The translations under genes were made by a program, and so were the position numbers. From Caecitellus pseudoparvulus (Eukaryota; Protista; Bigyra: Bicosoecida), in assembly GCA_965644315.1 (NCBI GenBank), contig CBFFRQ010000081.1:248001-312000 (forward strand): a stretch of DNA of 64,000 nucleotides. The letters are read 5' to 3'. How positions within the stretch are numbered: position 1 is the first letter of the stretch; the number at the start of each line of letters is the position of its first letter. A model generated the notes under the pieces. The model had not been told where the DNA came from and did not search any database. It saw only the letters and a program-made list of their open reading frames with translations. Below are positions 55,401 through 64,000 of this stretch, one piece after another.

Positions 55401-56049
55401 GCTGACGGCGGCCGGTGCTCGGGACAGTCTGGTGTTCCTTGACCTCCCCTTCCTCACTAGACACGCAGCCGTTATTGGGGAGGGTACTTTGCCCTCTGTG
55501 CTGGCAGCGCTTCTGCACCAGCGCTGCGCCGTGGCAGTGAGCCTGTCGGGCATGGTGGCGAAGGAGACGGCGCCAGCAGCGCGGGTCACGCTGGCCACGC
55601 AGTGCTCAGAGGTGTGGGAGGCTGCCGCCGATGCAGCGGCGCACTTGGTGCAGAGCGGCGCCCGCCACCCTGCCCACCACTCGGCACTTTGGCAGCTCTT
55701 CACGGCCAGTGCCACGAGTGGCCAGCCCCCCGCCTTCTTGCGCAGGGTGCTCGCAGTTTGTGGGGGAGGCGGGCAGGCGCCCCCGGCATTTGCATCGCAG
55801 CCGGCCCAGGTGCAGGCAGCTGTGGTGCTGTTGTCAGGAGCCGAGCAGCGGTTGCTGCCAGGCGCACGGGGCTCCCTCCTCATGTGGGCTTGCAGAGTCC
55901 TGGCCAAGGGGGAAGGCATTGAACACGTGCACAGCCTCGCCAAGGCTGCGTTCCGGAGTCTGTTGCAGCTCCGTGTCGGTGGCAGTAGCGTCTCTGGAGG
56001 AACACTGCCAGATGCTGTGCTGAACCTCCGCGCCGCCCTCCTTCCTTGA
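52459..56049 (+). CDS. Large protein with divergent EDRF1-like motifs
   Basis: 1196-aa single ORF. FVVHRLHQSLLLDE and AACTRSDVTYFVHKAAGS resemble the EDRF1 motifs VHRIGRTLLLDE and SNCTKEGHTYWLFKASGS as I recall them. Confidence 0.55.
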   Translation: MEASALQPGLVVAPGVLQELLKEDATPTTFVVHRLHQSLLLDEYVPLALSQEGVAGVQGNAPETQAHSQGFLHDALGETVLTEPKALLLTDGASECTPSGATDRSQSSTPASSAEEEESDDADASATQLSATWRASWETLSRAEWMHRLATARSTASVPPTAPTEVTLQLDPQATALVTTGPPATQRSSAGALPALRALRDMALAGKLRLHALCELDVWVQVGEGAGGALPDLRGRQPPPPAAADCALSLTPLPSRGSTQPSASMASCAGEVLACVAAACTRSDVTYFVHKAAGSGSLTIVAAAEVVQEHPHSMTDLTEQGGPSKSFALWQVAQLSLVSHTLQTSSAAPVERLLSGPRPARAPLMRPPAQYAARLALLCQRSADKVWKGVSAVQDGSGHFQYDFKGAGEDGAALLHDMYARAVHLAGMGPRELLRRSASGSVPTWVHTTYARLALLAAASRATVFNVCVEGPLESAQQAATSGATRSSPKQPGPLKVATGPLPDALLQAEAALLCGEWSGWEAFPALSPLTTVNSALAAVEGPLLQRVLTPAGLGSSQTDEGGGCATATLRPCEEQPSTLLVEEEAAVDRLCDALGFALLHLLLSSQRLAPAPPTRQDMELTVEAHAMVVAAATATARACLALGLFADARAAARIACLLMPSQAALGIVQHTDVVFAGDVAACAARWAVLRAQLVGVLASSARLALAGAGGQQVGPRLVPAWLCAPRVVTALEGALLRLRSVPTQSEQSAVLLGPLLSCDACQTQSQQWALMQDMLQPSAPPPDCQALRMWMVGEAARLGTVFKACGWGAHGPEALRASVAELTGLGHVVSATLMHSTGRFSQSQGFATFLAQQVAPIAQDWAEVPRLWCAAIGYLAVGGPREPPLTPLHTAAATALQHQLADACLRAASLPSWGGQPGAPTAAQAPTHPAAASMASWPIPERMDLELLTHLPSAADTAQLSTTIAAAASQALRGGHLAPQLTAAGARDSLVFLDLPFLTRHAAVIGEGTLPSVLAALLHQRCAVAVSLSGMVAKETAPAARVTLATQCSEVWEAAADAAAHLVQSGARHPAHHSALWQLFTASATSGQPPAFLRRVLAVCGGGGQAPPAFASQPAQVQAAVVLLSGAEQRLLPGARGSLLMWACRVLAKGEGIEHVHSLAKAAFRSLLQLRVGGSSVSGGTLPDAVLNLRAALLP

Positions 56050-56465
56050 CCCAGCGTGGACCCACGCTCCAGCCTTGCGTGCCCCTGCTTGAGGCATCGT
56101 CGTCAATTTCCTCAGCGACTCCAATTGCCGGGTTCTGCTGCTGTTAAGCGTGTGCTGTACAGCCAGCTGGGCAAGCCTGGCACAGCTCGAGCAAGGTGGG
56201 CACCATTGGTAGCCAGCCAGCGTTGACTCCACTCAACGCACTGCCAGCGAGAGGGCCCCTGCTGAGTGGCAGAATCGGCTGAGCGACATTGAATTCAAAA
56301 CCAGCAAACATTAACCCGACTGTGAAACGCTGTTTATGCTCGTGGTGGGGTGCACAAGTGTCTGACTCGACAGAGCGTTGAAACGCCAGCGCAACGCCAG
56401 GGGGGCGCCCCGAAGACTTTGTGGCGATTTCGCGCCAACACTGAGGGTAACAGGTGGCCCCACCC

Positions 56466-58910
56466 ATGTCTCAACGGTCATCCAAGTCCAAAAACTCCTG
56501 TTTAGACGTCTACGACCTGCTGGGCTTGTCACGGAGCGAGTATGCGAAGCGCAGAAAGGATGGGGGTGGCACTGGACATCGTGCAAGCCCACGGACACGT
56601 GCAGTGCTCAGAGCTGAGGGAGTGCTTGCTCGAGAACTTTGCCGACTTGACACAGCTTTCGCTCGCCGAAAGGGAGTGAAAGACCCGCTAAAGCTCCAGG
56701 TATTGTTGCAAGAAACAGAGGCTCGGCGACAGGCCCTGGCCCAAACGGTCAAGCAGGCCTATGAACGCTACTGTGCTTTGAACCAGAAACCACGGGCCGT
56801 GAATCATAGTCGAGATGCCATTGTTCCAAGAGGGAACCCTCAATCTCCGAGCGGAGCGTCTCAAACGCCTTCAAAGCCGCCGCAAGCCAGTCACATCTTG
56901 CCAGTGATACGGCAGCTGCAGGCTCAGGAGCAGATCGCCAAAGAAGAAATCGCCGAAACCAGACGAAGAGAAAGAAAGCATCAACTTTGTCAAGCTCGCC
57001 AAGCTGTCGTGGAGGCCCAATCCGCCCAGCAGGTTGCGCAGCAGCGGGAGGAGAAAGCCAAGCGAGATGCCCATCGACGCTTGGTGGCGTGGCGCAACAA
57101 GCTCGCAGCGGCGAGACAAGCAGAGCAAGCCCACACCAGTCAAGCAACAAAAGAGGCTCGCGCAGAAGCCACCATTGCCGCGGCTGCTGCCCGGCGTCGT
57201 GAGGCGGCACAGGCATCTTTAGCCAAGTCACAAGCAGCGAGCGCACGAGCAGCCCAACGGCGTCGCAAGCTTGCTCGAAAAGCTCGAAGAGCCCGGAGGG
57301 CACTGAAAAGGTCCAAATCAATGTCATCTTTGAACCAGACAAAGAAACAATCAGGAAAAGCCTCGGCACAGCACAGTGGGTGGGCTGTACCAGCCCAGCA
57401 GCGACGGGAAAGAGTGCATGCCTCAAGTGTAGCCCAAGAGATCAAGGCAGCACAGACAGCTCAGAAGCAAGCACTAGAGCTACATTACGCTGAGAAGAGA
57501 CGGTCTGAAGGACTGAAAGCTTTGGCAGAGCAGGTCAGAACACAGCGGGAGGCTCGCGCGGCTCATGCGTCCCAACACAGGGAGGAAATGAGTGCCGCAT
57601 ATCAGCAGGCACAGTCTGGTGCAGCCATCACACAGGCAGTGCGTGATCTTGTTAGCATGCAGCATGCTGCAGATTTACAAGCGCAGCGACGGCGGCGACA
57701 AGTGGCTGCAGAAGTGCGGCAGAAGTTGCAGAAGAAGGCAGCCAAGCGGGCAAAGCGCAGAGCGCGAGCCAAGCTACGGGCAGCCCAAAGGGCGCTGAAA
57801 GCCAAGGAAGACCGCATTGAGCGCCTGGCGGAGCAGCGAAGGCGCAGTGCTGAAAAACGAAGACGGCAAGGACATGAAGCTCAGGTGCACCAAGCACAGG
57901 TGCTTGCTGCTGTGCAAGTCGCAGGCAGGGCTGGGCCAAAGGCTGCCCTGGCGCAGATCAAAAAGCTGCGCAGGCAGCTTGACGAAAGAACGTCAACATC
58001 TTCTGATTCCCAGGCCAAGTGCAGTTCTGAAAGCGCGCCCGAGGGCCAGCCCCAGGTGCCGCGACACACGAAAGGCAGCGCGATGTCCCAACTGCTGGAA
58101 GTCAAGGCACATCTACAGCACCTTGGAACCAAAGCCCGTTTGGGGCAGCGGGACTTGTTTCCTTCCATATCATGTGGCACCCCGTCCTTTGTGTCAGACG
58201 GCACGTCTGCATTGCTGGCTGACGGCTCTGCTGCTGCGTGGGCAGCAGACCTGCCAAGCTGGCTGCTTGCGAGTAGCCCCCGCGAGTCTCCGAAGCTTCC
58301 AGCGATACCCCAGTCGAAGCCGGACGACCGCCTCAGCCTCCCCGCACTCCCGACAGCTCAAGGTTCTCACCTGCATCCGTTCGCGCAGCAGGGGACTTGG
58401 CTGCATACTCCCCGACTTGCAGCGGCTGCAGAGCATCGCTGCACCGTGCAGCCTGGAACACTTCCGCGCGAGGAGGTTGAAACCAAGTCTAGCTGCGACA
58501 CAAAAGTCGTTCAGTATTCGCCAAGTGTGGCTGCTCAATCGTCACCCTCAAGCTCGGACTCGGACAGCTCCCTGAGCGACGTGAGCAGCCCGGCTGCAAC
58601 CGATCACTCGCCTGTCATTGAAGGCCTCCCCCCCACACCAAGAACTCCACCCAGCCGGCTGGAAGTGATGCCCAACAGGCACGCAGAAGAACAAGCAGCC
58701 ATGCACGCACAAGAAGTCATGCAAGCCATCATGAACACGCGAAGCACGCTGTGCAGTGATGAAAGTGACTGGAGCTCCTCGCAAGCGTCTACAGCGGAGA
58801 CAAGCAACCAGCTGCGCTCAATGGAGGATGCAAGCGGATGGAGCGAGTCAAAGCTGAAGTATGCACGAGTGTACACGCCCATGCAGTATGCTGCGGAACC
58901 ACCCGCTTGA
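56466..58910 (+). CDS. Basic coiled-coil protein (N-terminus weakly CCDC177/DUF4659-like)
   Basis: About 814 aa, with SPRTRAVLRAEGV followed by long R/K/Q/A/E heptad-like stretches. Confidence 0.65.
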   Translation: MSQRSSKSKNSCLDVYDLLGLSRSEYAKRRKDGGGTGHRASPRTRAVLRAEGVLARELCRLDTAFARRKGVKDPLKLQVLLQETEARRQALAQTVKQAYERYCALNQKPRAVNHSRDAIVPRGNPQSPSGASQTPSKPPQASHILPVIRQLQAQEQIAKEEIAETRRRERKHQLCQARQAVVEAQSAQQVAQQREEKAKRDAHRRLVAWRNKLAAARQAEQAHTSQATKEARAEATIAAAAARRREAAQASLAKSQAASARAAQRRRKLARKARRARRALKRSKSMSSLNQTKKQSGKASAQHSGWAVPAQQRRERVHASSVAQEIKAAQTAQKQALELHYAEKRRSEGLKALAEQVRTQREARAAHASQHREEMSAAYQQAQSGAAITQAVRDLVSMQHAADLQAQRRRRQVAAEVRQKLQKKAAKRAKRRARAKLRAAQRALKAKEDRIERLAEQRRRSAEKRRRQGHEAQVHQAQVLAAVQVAGRAGPKAALAQIKKLRRQLDERTSTSSDSQAKCSSESAPEGQPQVPRHTKGSAMSQLLEVKAHLQHLGTKARLGQRDLFPSISCGTPSFVSDGTSALLADGSAAAWAADLPSWLLASSPRESPKLPAIPQSKPDDRLSLPALPTAQGSHLHPFAQQGTWLHTPRLAAAAEHRCTVQPGTLPREEVETKSSCDTKVVQYSPSVAAQSSPSSSDSDSSLSDVSSPAATDHSPVIEGLPPTPRTPPSRLEVMPNRHAEEQAAMHAQEVMQAIMNTRSTLCSDESDWSSSQASTAETSNQLRSMEDASGWSESKLKYARVYTPMQYAAEPPA

Positions 58911-58915
58911 CCCCT

Positions 58916-60085
58916 CTACGCCTGCACTTCATCATCATCGCTCAGCTCAACAGACACGATGCGTGGCGACGCCGAGCTGCCGGTCGAGCGTAGTCCATGC
59001 AGGTTCGAGCTGTTTAGGGCTGTTTGCTTCAGGGGGCGGACAATGAGTGGACTACAAGCACTTGCCGGCTGAGCAGCTGGCTCGGAAGCGGCTGCACCCC
59101 CCACCCACCCAGAACCACAAATCGCGGGTGGGGAGAGAGATGCAAGGCCATTCACGGCGCGCTCTAGTGCCTGCTTGGTCTGGATGTAGACACCTGGTTC
59201 GCCGCGCAAGTGGCACTTAGACGCCACGAGCAGCTGCAGGCTCGCTTCTGCGGCAGCTGTGGAGGCTGCCGCCAGAGTAACAACCTGCTGTGCAAAGTCA
59301 CACCAGAGCTGCTCAGCCGCCCGTAAGCGCAAGACTTGAAATGCAAAGCGCTTCTTGAGCCGGTTCAGCCTTCCAGTGGCCACTAGCATTTCGTGCTGAG
59401 TTGTCACCATGGCTGTTCGAAAGGCGTGCTGTGCCTCCATTGTTCGCCACGCGTCGGACGTCACCTTCCAGCGCTCAAACCCTCGCCGAAGGTGCAGGCG
59501 CCGCCAGGACCTCCACATCACTCGGAACAAGAGCGCAGCGTGTCTCGCTTGCCCTGACGCGGCTTGTTCCTTGGCAGCGCGGCGATGGATGGCTACTCGC
59601 CTGGATACGGCGGTGACTCGCTTCTGCAGCGCGACAACGAGAATGCGACGGAAGGCTCGGGAAAGGCAGAGCAGTCTGTGCTTCTGCAGGTTGCGTTCGG
59701 CTCGGCGCAGGACATGAATAGCGCTTTGGGCTGCAGGGGTAAGGCTGCCATTGAAGACAAGGCGCAGGCTTGGCATACCTGGAGCACACAGGCTCTGCGC
59801 AGCCTGCATGATGGCAACCGGCACCATCGGTTGATGGGGGTTGGGTGCGCTGTCCAGAGGCTGCTGCGTGCCAGGCGTGCTTTGGATGCGTCCCAGCTGC
59901 CCGAGATCGGGAGGTGGTGTTCTTTGGGGGGCACCTGCCGCCGAGGGTACACCTGATGGGGACCTTGCGCGGATAGGGGGGGAGTCTGCCTGGGGAGTGT
60001 GCGGAGAGCTGCAGTTGGACTGGCAGCTACCAGCAGCAGCGTGAACTGCCTCGGCCCGCAATGCAGTTGGCTCTACTGCCTCCAT
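58916..60085 (-). CDS. Hypothetical protein with Sfi1-like/helical W-containing segments
   Basis: ORF from MEAVEP; Pro-rich N-terminus, then LRRGFERWK-type helices. Confidence 0.5.
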   Translation of the reverse strand: MEAVEPTALRAEAVHAAAGSCQSNCSSPHTPQADSPPIRARSPSGVPSAAGAPQRTPPPDLGQLGRIQSTPGTQQPLDSAPNPHQPMVPVAIMQAAQSLCAPGMPSLRLVFNGSLTPAAQSAIHVLRRAERNLQKHRLLCLSRAFRRILVVALQKRVTAVSRRVAIHRRAAKEQAASGQARHAALLFRVMWRSWRRLHLRRGFERWKVTSDAWRTMEAQHAFRTAMVTTQHEMLVATGRLNRLKKRFAFQVLRLRAAEQLWCDFAQQVVTLAAASTAAAEASLQLLVASKCHLRGEPGVYIQTKQALERAVNGLASLSPPAICGSGWVGGAAASEPAAQPASACSPLIVRPLKQTALNSSNLHGLRSTGSSASPRIVSVELSDDDEVQA

Positions 60086-60560
60086 TCTGCAATGAAGCAC
60101 GCGCTTCTTCTTTCCAGGCACCTGCTCCGAAAGCTTGCTTGTACGCCCAAAGGAGTTGGCCCACACAATGTGCTTGTGCTTTGGCTGCAACTCAACGCAC
60201 GCGAAACGCAAGTCACCGTGTGACCGGCAGTCTTTCTCAGGCTTTGCAAGGCATTGGGAAGAAGCCCCCAAGGTCTGCCAGTGGAGCCCACGTGTCGATT
60301 TGACACCGACCGGCAAGTGGAGGGCACTTGGTACCCCCCCTTCCAGCCATTCAGCGGTGGCACCGGCCGTCCCTGTCGTTGCGCTCCCGCGAATGCTCGA
60401 CACCCGTGCCTTCACAGCCCTGGGCGTGCACACTCAGAGGAGAGGCACAAAACGCGAACCACGTGAAGTCTTAGGTCGGACCACCACCTATTGATCCACT
60501 CCCTCGGAACCCGGTGGGCCCCTTGCTTGTTTGGACGGGTGTGCTGCAGCCTGCTGAAGC

Positions 60561-61676
60561 ATGTCGGCAGCGGCGGGCCAGGCGTCGGATGTGACAGGGC
60601 GTTGGTCCAAGGAAGAGCACGACGCCTTCCTGCAAGGCCTTCGCACGGTTGGGAACAAGTGGAAGGAGATCCATGAGTGCGTTTGCAGGCATCTGTGCGC
60701 ACTACGCAAGGTTTCACGGGCGCTCTGCCCCCCGCAGCCACTTTGTGCCCACTCGGTCTGTGGTGCAGGTGAGGAAAAACGGGCGCCAGCCACGCCTGCA
60801 GACAACAGCCTCACGCCGCCTGCGCTGCGCTCCCGCGAAGATCCGCACACATGCCCAGAAGTATTTCCTTAGAGTCGCCAAAGAGCAGGGCATTGACCCC
60901 AAACAGGTGAGCACGCCTGCTGCAGCGCTCGCGGCAGATGTGTCGGAAATTGAATGTTGCTGAGGCTTGCTGCACAGATCTCGGTGGGGGAGGACGCCGT
61001 CCTACCCAGCAGCGGGCCCTTGATGGGCATGCAAAGTGCTTCTCAAGGTGCTGATGGCAGTGTGTCCAAGGCTGGCCGGCTGGCGGGCAGCGTCCGGCCG
61101 ACAGAGGTGCCGTACTTTCCCGACGTGACTGTGAGGCACGTTTTCCTGGAGCCCGACATGAGCGCTGACAGCATCGGCATCTCGCTGAAAGCAGCCACCC
61201 CCTTCGTGGTTGTAGATGCCTTGCCCCGACTGATTGTGCGGCACGAGGGGGGGCGGGAAGAGGCAGTGCAGGGCGTGGCCGAGGAGAGCAAGTCAGTGCT
61301 CGTGGGAGACTTCGTCATGGGAGTGTGTGGTGTGACAACCCACAGCCTGCCCCCCGCCGCTGTCGGCAGCATGATCAGTGCTGTGCGCAGTGCCACTCGC
61401 ACTGGCAGCGTGGTGGTGCACCTGTCAGACCGCTTGCCTGTGCCACAAGCTCTGCCACTGGCGCTCCAGCACATGCAGGACGCAGCTGCTGCTCTGTTGG
61501 GGGAGCTCACTCCCAGCGTCATGGCTGCCGCCCAAGAGGCTCGTCAGAGTGCCGTCAACCGCCTGCTGTCCTCTGGAGCTGTGACCGGCTCCAGTGGCCT
61601 GGCTGCTCCCATGGCTATGCAAGCGGGCCCACCAGGCAGCGGAGGCATGAGCACTGGCATGGCACCCCAGGGATGA
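60561..61676 (+). CDS. SHAQKYF-class single-repeat MYB transcription factor with a C-terminal PDZ-like domain
   Basis: Spliced GRWSKEEHDAFLQGL..GNKWKEIH|DHFVPTRSVVQ|IRTHAQKYF via a 31-nt microexon. Later SIGISL..VVVDAL..GVAEESKSVLVGDFVMGVCG. Confidence 0.82.
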
Positions 61677-61866
61677 GGCAGTAGCATTACCCCTGTCGCA
61701 AGGCTGCAGCAGTGCAGCCACCTTGTGCCCTTGTGGGTCCCAGAATGACATTTCCTGCGTTTTCACACAACACACCGCACTCCCTTGCCGCACGTCCACT
61801 CAACGAACATTGACCAGACTTGGGCTTTGGGTGCAATCCCTGCACTCCACATGCCCTGTGTCCGCC

Positions 61867-63398
61867 ATGGCAGCTGACCAGATCACTGTGAAGCTGGCGG
61901 AGGTTCGTTGCTACAGCTGCACTGCCGTTTCTGCGGAAGTCACAACACTGCTTTCCCTCCACGCAGGGCGCGACCCTCGCGTACTCAGCATCCAACATGT
62001 TGGGGAAGGGATCTTTCGGTGAAGTGTTCGATGCCACCATCAAGGAAACTGGGCAGCGCGTGGCGGTGAAGCGGGTCCTGCAGGACAAGCGATTCAAGGT
62101 GAGCGGCACCTGCACCTGCCAGCACGCCAACGGCAAGTGCTGGAGGTACCTGCTCCCCCTTCGCGTGATATGGCGCAGAACCGAGAGCTGGAGATCATGA
62201 GCAAGCTTAGGCACACCAACGTCGTGCACCTGCTGCACTCGTTCAAAGAGCAGGACCCCAAGGCAAGTGACGCGCCTTGTGACTTGCCAGAAGGCAGCAG
62301 GCCACGTGCACAGCCATCAACTTCCCATGAGCGCAGACAGGGCACGTGTTCCTCAACTTGGTCATGGAACATGTTCCAGACACGATCTTTCAGGTGTGCT
62401 CCGCCCACCACAAGGCTCGGGAGGTGCCGCCGGCGTTGGACGTGAAGGTGCGCTTGTATGGGCTCCTGCTTCCGCTGGCCAAACGCGCAGCAGCTCCCCA
62501 CTCGACCTTGCAGCTGTACTTGTACCAAATGCTGCGCTCATTGGCCTACATCCACGCTCTTGGTGTTTGTCACCGGGACATTAAGCCCCAGAACGTGCTG
62601 GTGGATGCGGCAGCACGAGTCGTGAAGCTGTGTGACTTTGGCAGGTGAGCAGGCACGCCGCGCCGAAGGCTGGAGTACAAGCGTCAAGTATAGCCCTCAC
62701 CCGTACCTTGCAGTGCCAAGAAGCTTGTGAGAGGGCAGCCCAATGTCGCGTACATTTGCTCCCGGTACTACCGGGCGCCCGAGTTGATCTTCGGCTCTAC
62801 CGAGTACACGACTGCCATCGGTTCGTATGCCAAAGTGCAGACGAACGGCCCCATCCCACCAGCACGCTCCCCAACATGCACAGATGTGTGGTCTACGGGG
62901 TGTGTCTTTGCGGAGATGCTGCTGGGTCGCCCGTTGTTCGCGGGGGCCACTGGCGTGGACCAGCTCGTGGAGGTGATCAAGGTGCTTGGCACGCCGACTC
63001 GTGAGGAAATCCTGGCCATGAACCAAGCGTACACTGACTTCAAGTTCCCGATGATTGAGCCCAAGTCATGGAACCAAGTGCTCAAGTCTAGAGCGCCCCC
63101 CGACGCGCTGGACTTGGTGTCCCGCATGCTGCAGTATGTGCCCACCGAGCGAATCACTGCCATCCAAGCCTGCGCCCACCCGTACTTTGACGAGCTGCGA
63201 GACCCCAACACGACGCTTCCAGACGGCGAGCCACTGCCACAGCTGTTCGACTTCGCCCCTATGGAGTTGGTGGAGCACCCTGAGCTGGCGGAGACCCTCA
63301 TCCCGCCGCATGCACGCGTGAGCCTGTCGGCGCAGGTGCTGGAAAAACTTGGCTTGGACGGCAGCTCGGCTGCTGCAGCGGCTGCAGGGTCCGCTTGA
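61867..63398 (+). CDS. GSK3: Glycogen synthase kinase 3 / shaggy
   Basis: Six introns (61903-61966, 62099-62178, about 62263-62336, 62448-62513, 62645-62713, 62821-62883). Motifs [44 protein letters not shown]. Confidence 0.97.
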
Positions 63399-63406
63399 CA
63401 CTACAC

Positions 63407-63414
63407 AATGCATT
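63407..63414. promoter_or_regulatory. AATGCATT palindrome between the convergent GSK3 and PRP19 stops
   Basis: Lies in the 97-nt gap between the two stop codons. Confidence 0.5.
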
Positions 63415-63495
63415 TGCAGCCAGGCTGGGGTGGTGCCATCGTGTTGATGAGGGAGTGAGGTGCTGGGGCAGACTGCATTGTGGGGTGCGCCTGCG

Positions 63496-64000
63496 TCACT
63501 TGGCGGCGCCCCACTTGGCCACGGTGTTGTCCATGGAGGCTGACACCAGGCTGGTGGCCAGGGGTGCCCAGTGCAACGATGTCACCGCGGCGGCGTGTGC
63601 TGTCGTGGACAGCAGCTGCTCCCAACTCTTGACCTTGAAGACAGACACGACGCCCTTGCCACCGTCCTCACTGCCAGCGGCCAAGTAGGAGCCCGAGAAA
63701 TCCCACGCGACAGCACCAACTGCACCAGGAGCTGTCATGGTGGCGACTTTGCCCATCTTGCGCAGGTCCCAGATGCCCACCTGCCCGTCCTTGCCTGCCC
63801 CTGCCATGTACCTGCCGTTCTCATTGAAGTCCAGCGTGTTCTGTGCCACAGTGGCATCTTCAAACGCCGCCACTTGAGCCTGGCTGCGCAGGTCAAAGAT
63901 GCGCACGCCGGCGTCCTGCCCTGCCACGGCGTACAACAAGCCATCTGGGTGCAGGCTGGCGGCAGTGTTTGCAGGGCCGTCGGCCCCGAAGGTACCCAGG
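63496..64000 (-). CDS. PRPF19: WD40 C-terminus of pre-mRNA processing factor 19 (5' part outside the window)
   Basis: HPDGLL, VRIFDLRSQ, FNENGRYMA, IWDLRK, WDFSGSYLA, SASMD. Confidence 0.8.
   Translation of the reverse strand, partial: LGTFGADGPANTAASLHPDGLLYAVAGQDAGVRIFDLRSQAQVAAFEDATVAQNTLDFNENGRYMAGAGKDGQVGIWDLRKMGKVATMTAPGAVGAVAWDFSGSYLAAGSEDGGKGVVSVFKVKSWEQLLSTTAHAAAVTSLHWAPLATSLVSASMDNTVAKWGAAK

Noticed and set aside
20875-62883. Several stop-free introns of 3n length (DYNLRB, GSK3, kinases, IQ, chromo)
   Set aside because: Roughly the number expected by chance for short GC-rich introns; not evidence of a special mechanism.
1-64000. Introner elements, transposons, endogenous virophage or viral inserts, tRNA and rRNA genes
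   Set aside because: Introns share no sequence beyond splice signals, and I saw no transposase, integrase or capsid motifs, AT-rich islands, cloverleafs or rRNA.

Overview
Gene-dense, GC-rich eukaryotic nuclear DNA, probably from a heterotrophic protist (stramenopile-like; this is inference only). It uses the standard code and short spliceosomal introns (about 60-215 nt, donor often GTGCGT/GTGAG), with very small intergenic gaps. About 26 protein genes can be reconstructed. In order: a giant secreted multi-C-type-lectin/mucin protein missed by the ORF track, a prolyl-4-hydroxylase/GT60 GlcNAc-transferase fusion, a mitochondrial helical protein, a Bfr1-like coiled-coil/vigilin multi-KH protein, an NDR kinase, a CE2-like esterase, roadblock, TMCO4/DUF726, dephospho-CoA kinase, Emi1/DUF3128, TTC39, a chromodomain protein, a pseudo-aldo/keto reductase, ataxin-10, an IQ protein, a head-to-head kinase paralog pair, PFK, delta-COP, RPL4, an EDRF1-like protein, two coiled-coil/hypothetical proteins, a MYB-PDZ protein, GSK3 and PRP19 (partial). 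Best leads: (1) a single-polypeptide O2-dependent hydroxylate-then-glycosylate enzyme resembling the first two steps of the Skp1 pathway; (2) a recurrent AATGCA motif after stop codons, present as the palindrome AATGCATT between three convergent gene pairs, a candidate non-canonical bidirectional poly(A) signal; (3) an intronic H/ACA snoRNA in delta-COP with two rRNA-complementary pockets; (4) a Bfr1-Scp160-like fusion. Exon boundaries and family calls were made by eye from motifs; no searches were run.
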